Below, one piece after another: positions 59,895 through 64,000 of a stretch of DNA of 64,000 bases. Location: assembly GCA_019358935.1 (NCBI GenBank), contig JAHHIK010000028.1, positions 9,186-73,185 on the forward strand, given 5' to 3'. Under the pieces are notes generated by a model that worked only from the letters and a program-made list of their open reading frames with translations, was not told the origin of the DNA and made no database searches. Each line of letters starts with the position of its first letter. Positions within the stretch are counted from its first letter, which is position 1. Origin of the DNA: Tolypothrix carrinoi HA7290-LM1 (GTDB lineage Bacteria; Cyanobacteriota; Cyanobacteriia; Cyanobacteriales; Nostocaceae). The position numbers were made by a program, and so were the translations under genes.

Positions 59895-62870
59895 ATGCCG
59901 AGGCATATTCGTTGGGATGAATTAACTTTAGGGAATGTACTAAGTCTGGTAGAAGCATTGCTGCAACTGTCGGAACAGCAAGACTGTGAGTCAAAACTTC
60001 CACTTTGCGTTGTCTGGGAAGGTAATAAGCTGCGAATCACAGGATATAAAAGCGAACAGACAAGAGGAAACAGAACCAAAACAACTGAAGTTGGTACAAA
60101 GCAGGAATATTTACTCAAGCAGATTAAAAATGCTGGCAAAACTGTAAAACTTCCCCAGCCAAAAGCAGAATCTAGCGTTAGTCACAAAGAAAGAGAATTA
60201 CAAGAGGTTCAAGCTGCACTCGACTGCTTGAAAGAGTTGGGAGTGCGAGAAGACGAAAAAGCCGCAAAGAATCAAGGCTATTGGAAATTTATTCTCACGT
60301 TGAAACATCAGACGGCAACAAGAGAAGAAAATCTAGAGGTGGTTAAGCAGAAGTGGAAGCAACACCCAAAGACAAATTCTTCAACAGTATCTCAGATACA
60401 AACAGCAGATAAAAGCATCGATTGGCAAGAAATCTGCCGCACGATGCTGGAAAAGCACAAGCGTCTCACCACAAATGAGTTGCTGTTTGCTGATGAAGAG
60501 ATGAAATTTGAGGTAAAGGAAATTCATGTCCCTTTAGCATTGGTGGAGCGTACCAAACCGAAAAAGTGCAGGGAGGATATTTTAGCAGAACAAGGTTCGC
60601 GACTTTACGAACCGAGTTATGAAGAGAAGCAGCGGTTTGAACATCAGGCTTTTTTAGGGCAAATTATCCGTGATGGTGTTGGTAAAACGCAAGGACACCG
60701 CATCGCTTTAATTGGGGAACCGGGTGCGGGAAAAACTACTCAGTTGCAAACTATAGCTTTTTGGATATTAAACAACAATCTCGGTTTACCAATTTGGATT
60801 TCTTTGGCAGACTTGCAAGGAAAGAGTATAGAAAATTATCTGCTGCAAGATTGGCTGAAGAATGCTTTAGAAGTGGTGCGTGTAACAGAAGAACAGGAAA
60901 AGGCTTTTGCAGATTTATTCAAGAATAATTCTGTGTGGTTGTTGTTGGATGCAGCAGATGAAATGTCCTCACTCCAACCATTAACTGAGATTTCCCAGCA
61001 GTTGACGGGATGGGTGAAAAATGCGCGGGTTGTGCTGACTTGTCGGTTGAATGTTTGGGAAGCAAACGCGAACCCTTTAGGAGAGTTCGAGATGTATCGG
61101 TTACTCAACTTTGAATATCCGCAACAGGTGCAAAAATTTATTCGGCGTTGGTTTGACAACTTTGATGCAGACAAAGGGCAAAGATTATCAAAGGAACTAG
61201 ATAAAGCTGAACGTCAGCGCATCCAAGATTTAGTGAAAAATCCTTTGCGGTTAGCGCTGTTGTGTAGCACTTGGCAAAGTTCCGATCAAGGTTTACCGGA
61301 AACTAAAGCGGGACTTTATCAGCAGTTTGTGGAAGAGTTTTACAAGTGGAAAGAAAACCGCTTCTTTATCACCGAACAGCAGCAAGAAGAATTAAACGCT
61401 GCGCTGGGACGTTTAGCAAAACGGGCAATTGATCAAGAAACGTCACGGTTTCGGCTACGTCATGAGTTTGTGCGTGAGGAATTAGGTGATGCAAAACAGC
61501 AAAATTCTCTATTTTGGTTAGCGTTACAGTTGGGATGGCTAAATGAAGTTGGACTGGCTGCGGAATCAGCAACGAAAGAGAAAGTTTACGCTTTCTACCA
61601 TCCCACATTTGAGGAATATTTTGCAGCGTTGGCGGTTGATAATTGGCGCGAAGATTTTCTGAATCATCCCCCACTCCCCACTTCCCACTCCCCACTCCCC
61701 ACCTCCGGCGTTTATCGCATTTTTGCCCCGCAGTGGAAAGAGGTGATTTTGCTGTGGTTGGGACGTGAGGATGTGGAGAAGGAGGAGAAAGAGGAATTTA
61801 TTCAGGCTTTGGTAGAATTTAAGGATGGGTGTGGAGAATTCAGAGCTATTGATAAAGTCAGAAGGGGATTTTACGAGTTTCGCGCTTATTTTCTGGCTGC
61901 TGCGGGGGTTGATGAGTGGAAAAATTCTGGCAACGCAGATGCTATTGTGGCGGAAATCGTTAAATGGGGCTTTGGTGAGTTTAAAGTTGAACAAAACAAG
62001 TGGGTAGAATTTCTCTACACAATTCCAGAGGGAGCAAAGACAGCACTATCTCAGACAAATCGCATAAAAGCGATCGCTGCTTTGGTGGAGTTAATCGCCA
62101 AACCACAACTGCATGATTCTACCTTCAGGCTAGCGGCATCTAGCTTAGGGCAAATTGACCCAGGCAACGAAAAAGCGATTGATGCTTTGGTAGAGTTAAT
62201 CGGCAAATCACAACTGGATTATTTTACCCGATGGCAAGCGGCATCTAGCTTAGGGGAAATTGGCTCTGGCAACCAAAAAGCGATCGCTGCTTTGGTGGAG
62301 TTAATCGGCAATCCACAACTGGATTATACTACCCGATGGCTAGCGGCATCTAGCTTAGGGAAAATTGACCCAGGCAACGAAAAAGCGATCGCTGCTTTGA
62401 TGGAGTTAATCGGCAATCCACAACTGGATTATACTACCCGATTGCTAGCGGCATCTAGCTTAGAGAAAATTGACCCAGGCAACCAAAAAGCGATCGCTGC
62501 TTTGGTGGACTTAATCGGCAATCCACAACTGGATGAACATACCCGATGGCAAGCGGCATCTAGCTTAGAGAAAATTGACCCAGGCAACCAAAAAGCGATC
62601 GCTGCTTTGGTGGACTTAATCGGCAATCCACAAGTGGATGATTCTACCCGAACAGAAGCGGCAATATTCTTAAGGCAAATTATGTCAGAGGAACAGATGC
62701 CGAGTGTTGTCACCAGGCTAAAGAATTGCTTATCACCTGAAACTTACAAAAATCACTTGCAGCGATTTTATAATTGCTACATAGTTATCTGGAAGTGTGC
62801 CCAAAGTATGCCCTACCCCGCTTTTTATCAAGCTTGGCATCAACAAGAGAAAGTGAAAGATGGAGAGTAG
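59895..62870 (+). CDS. NACHT NTPase with C-terminal HEAT (PBS-lyase-like) repeats
   Basis: GEPGAGKTT Walker A, WLLLDAADE Walker B, NPLRL, FYHPTFEEYFAA; six 35-aa repeats. Confidence 0.92.
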   Translation: MPRHIRWDELTLGNVLSLVEALLQLSEQQDCESKLPLCVVWEGNKLRITGYKSEQTRGNRTKTTEVGTKQEYLLKQIKNAGKTVKLPQPKAESSVSHKERELQEVQAALDCLKELGVREDEKAAKNQGYWKFILTLKHQTATREENLEVVKQKWKQHPKTNSSTVSQIQTADKSIDWQEICRTMLEKHKRLTTNELLFADEEMKFEVKEIHVPLALVERTKPKKCREDILAEQGSRLYEPSYEEKQRFEHQAFLGQIIRDGVGKTQGHRIALIGEPGAGKTTQLQTIAFWILNNNLGLPIWISLADLQGKSIENYLLQDWLKNALEVVRVTEEQEKAFADLFKNNSVWLLLDAADEMSSLQPLTEISQQLTGWVKNARVVLTCRLNVWEANANPLGEFEMYRLLNFEYPQQVQKFIRRWFDNFDADKGQRLSKELDKAERQRIQDLVKNPLRLALLCSTWQSSDQGLPETKAGLYQQFVEEFYKWKENRFFITEQQQEELNAALGRLAKRAIDQETSRFRLRHEFVREELGDAKQQNSLFWLALQLGWLNEVGLAAESATKEKVYAFYHPTFEEYFAALAVDNWREDFLNHPPLPTSHSPLPTSGVYRIFAPQWKEVILLWLGREDVEKEEKEEFIQALVEFKDGCGEFRAIDKVRRGFYEFRAYFLAAAGVDEWKNSGNADAIVAEIVKWGFGEFKVEQNKWVEFLYTIPEGAKTALSQTNRIKAIAALVELIAKPQLHDSTFRLAASSLGQIDPGNEKAIDALVELIGKSQLDYFTRWQAASSLGEIGSGNQKAIAALVELIGNPQLDYTTRWLAASSLGKIDPGNEKAIAALMELIGNPQLDYTTRLLAASSLEKIDPGNQKAIAALVDLIGNPQLDEHTRWQAASSLEKIDPGNQKAIAALVDLIGNPQVDDSTRTEAAIFLRQIMSEEQMPSVVTRLKNCLSPETYKNHLQRFYNCYIVIWKCAQSMPYPAFYQAWHQQEKVKDGE

Positions 62871-62960
62871 GAAAGAAAAATACTTCCTCCAGCCAAAACC
62901 GAAATCACGCACATCTCACGTCGCGGTAAGTTTTGCTCCACATTACATTCCTTTAACCTG

Positions 62961-63132
62961 ATATCTTGCACCAATACCAACAACCGCCTTAGAATGAATT
63001 CTAAGGCTAATAGCTAAAGTCGTCTAAAGACGACTAGATAAAGGTTTTAGTCCACTTAAGTGGACTTAAGCTATTAGCCCTGAGTTTTAACTCTGGGCGG
63101 GTCTGGACGCTAATTGAGAATAGTGCAAGATA
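62961..63132. mobile_element. MITE-like element with terminal inverted repeats and internal hairpins
   Basis: ATATCTTGCAC ... GTGCAAGATAT ends; internal palindromes GCCTTAGAAT-g-AATTCTAAGGC, AGTCGTCT-aa-AGACGACT, AGTCCACTTAAGTGGACT. Confidence 0.65.
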
Positions 63133-63167
63133 TTAGTTTAAGCGCACTCTTCACTTTTTCACTAATT

Positions 63168-63405
63168 CTCGAAGTTTCACCTTCTGAGGCTCAAGTTTGA
63201 CCTTCTGAAGCTCAACTTTCACCTTCTGAGGCTCAACTTTGATGTTCTGAGGCTCAACTTTGACCTTCTGAGGCTCAACTTTGATGTTCTGAGGCTCAAC
63301 TTTGACCTTCAGAAGCTCAACTTTGATGTTCTGAGGCTCAACTTTGACCTTCAGAAGCTCAACTTTGATGTTCTGAGGCTCAACTTTGATGTTCTGAGGC
63401 TCAAA
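63168..63405. repeat. About 11 tandem 21-bp repeats
   Basis: CTCAACTTTGATGTTCTGAGG and CTCAACTTTGACCTTCWGARG variants. Confidence 0.9.
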
Positions 63406-63563
63406 TATAGCGCTTTTTGTTTGTATACAATACAATCTGACCTCTCTCCAAACCTTTCTCCTGCAAGGAGAGAGGCTTTGATGCTTACTCCCCTTCCCTT
63501 GTAGGGAAGGGGTTGGAGGTTAGGTCTTTATTGGACTCAACTGAAACCGCTATAATACAGAAT

Positions 63564-63875
63564 TTATCGTATCTTCGCCTTTTGAAAGACTTGCTCAACA
63601 GTAAATTCTAATCCCGCAAACAGCGAATCTGTAAGCAATTCATCTCCCATATAAGTCTGCGGCGCCGCATCTGGATAAAAAACAGTGATGCTTCTCGCTT
63701 TACTATCTACCACCCAAACCCGCTGCACTTTAGCGTCTAAATAGTATGATTGCTTTTGCTGCCATTTGTCCAAAGGTTTGTCCTGGGGAAATAATTTCAA
63801 TTACCAAATCAGGTGGAACAGGACAAGCTTCGTCTTCATCCCAATCGGCGGGTAAACGTTCATTAGAAATGTACA
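63564..63875 (-). pseudogene. Uma2 endonuclease 3' half, frameshifted and interrupted by an IS
   Basis: YISNERLP..PPDLVIEIISPGQ..AAKA, then YLDAKVQRVWVVD in another frame. Confidence 0.85.
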
Positions 63876-64000
63876 TTGACACTCCCCTGATTGTACAAAT
63901 TTCGCTATCGCTCATTTGTACAGAAAATCAGGGGATTCTACATTCTTCCTAGTTACTTGCTCTACTAGGGTTTCCCCAAGTAGAGTAGAGGTCACTAGTC
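63876..64000 (-). mobile_element. Right end of an IS200/IS605-family (tnpB-type) element, continuing beyond the window
   Basis: Minus strand ...LVTSTLLGETLVEQVTRKNVESP-like TnpB tail, AGAATCCCCTGATT..TCAGGGGAGTGTCAA end. Confidence 0.8.

Overview
Chromosomal window from a filamentous cyanobacterium, most likely Nostocales. This rests on the dense HIP1 (GCGATCGC) sites, the heptamer STRR tracts, psbX, the hmp hormogonium-motility locus and flv1A/flv3A. Core genes include two TolB-like proteins, ycf66, psbX, accC, a probable 6S RNA, tRNA-Leu(GAG), ccsB, tilS, hmpF plus hmpABCDE, prolyl oligopeptidase, arfB, dps, pirin, an RND pump, a CpcS-family lyase, flv3A/flv1A and coaX. Accessory DNA is interspersed. 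The most notable unannotated signal is a decayed integron at about 29.8-31.2 kb: an intI N-terminal relic, a divergent attI-like site, one complete cassette (MOSC gene plus attC) and a truncated racemase cassette. It lies in an accretion hotspot marked by three copies of the prolyl oligopeptidase 5' end, beside tandem Uma2 genes that differ in blocks. Other accessory features are a BglI-family C-R-M restriction system with a C-box, an orphan N4-C methylase, a VapC toxin with a frameshifted antitoxin, IS200/IS605 (TnpB/omegaRNA-type) relics, a deletion-eroded sigma/DUF1822/CHAT-CHASE2 locus, a NACHT-HEAT protein with hypervariable repeats, tandem KGK genes, and many nested miniature repeats. 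No CRISPR array was seen. All family assignments come from motif recognition by eye, not database searches.
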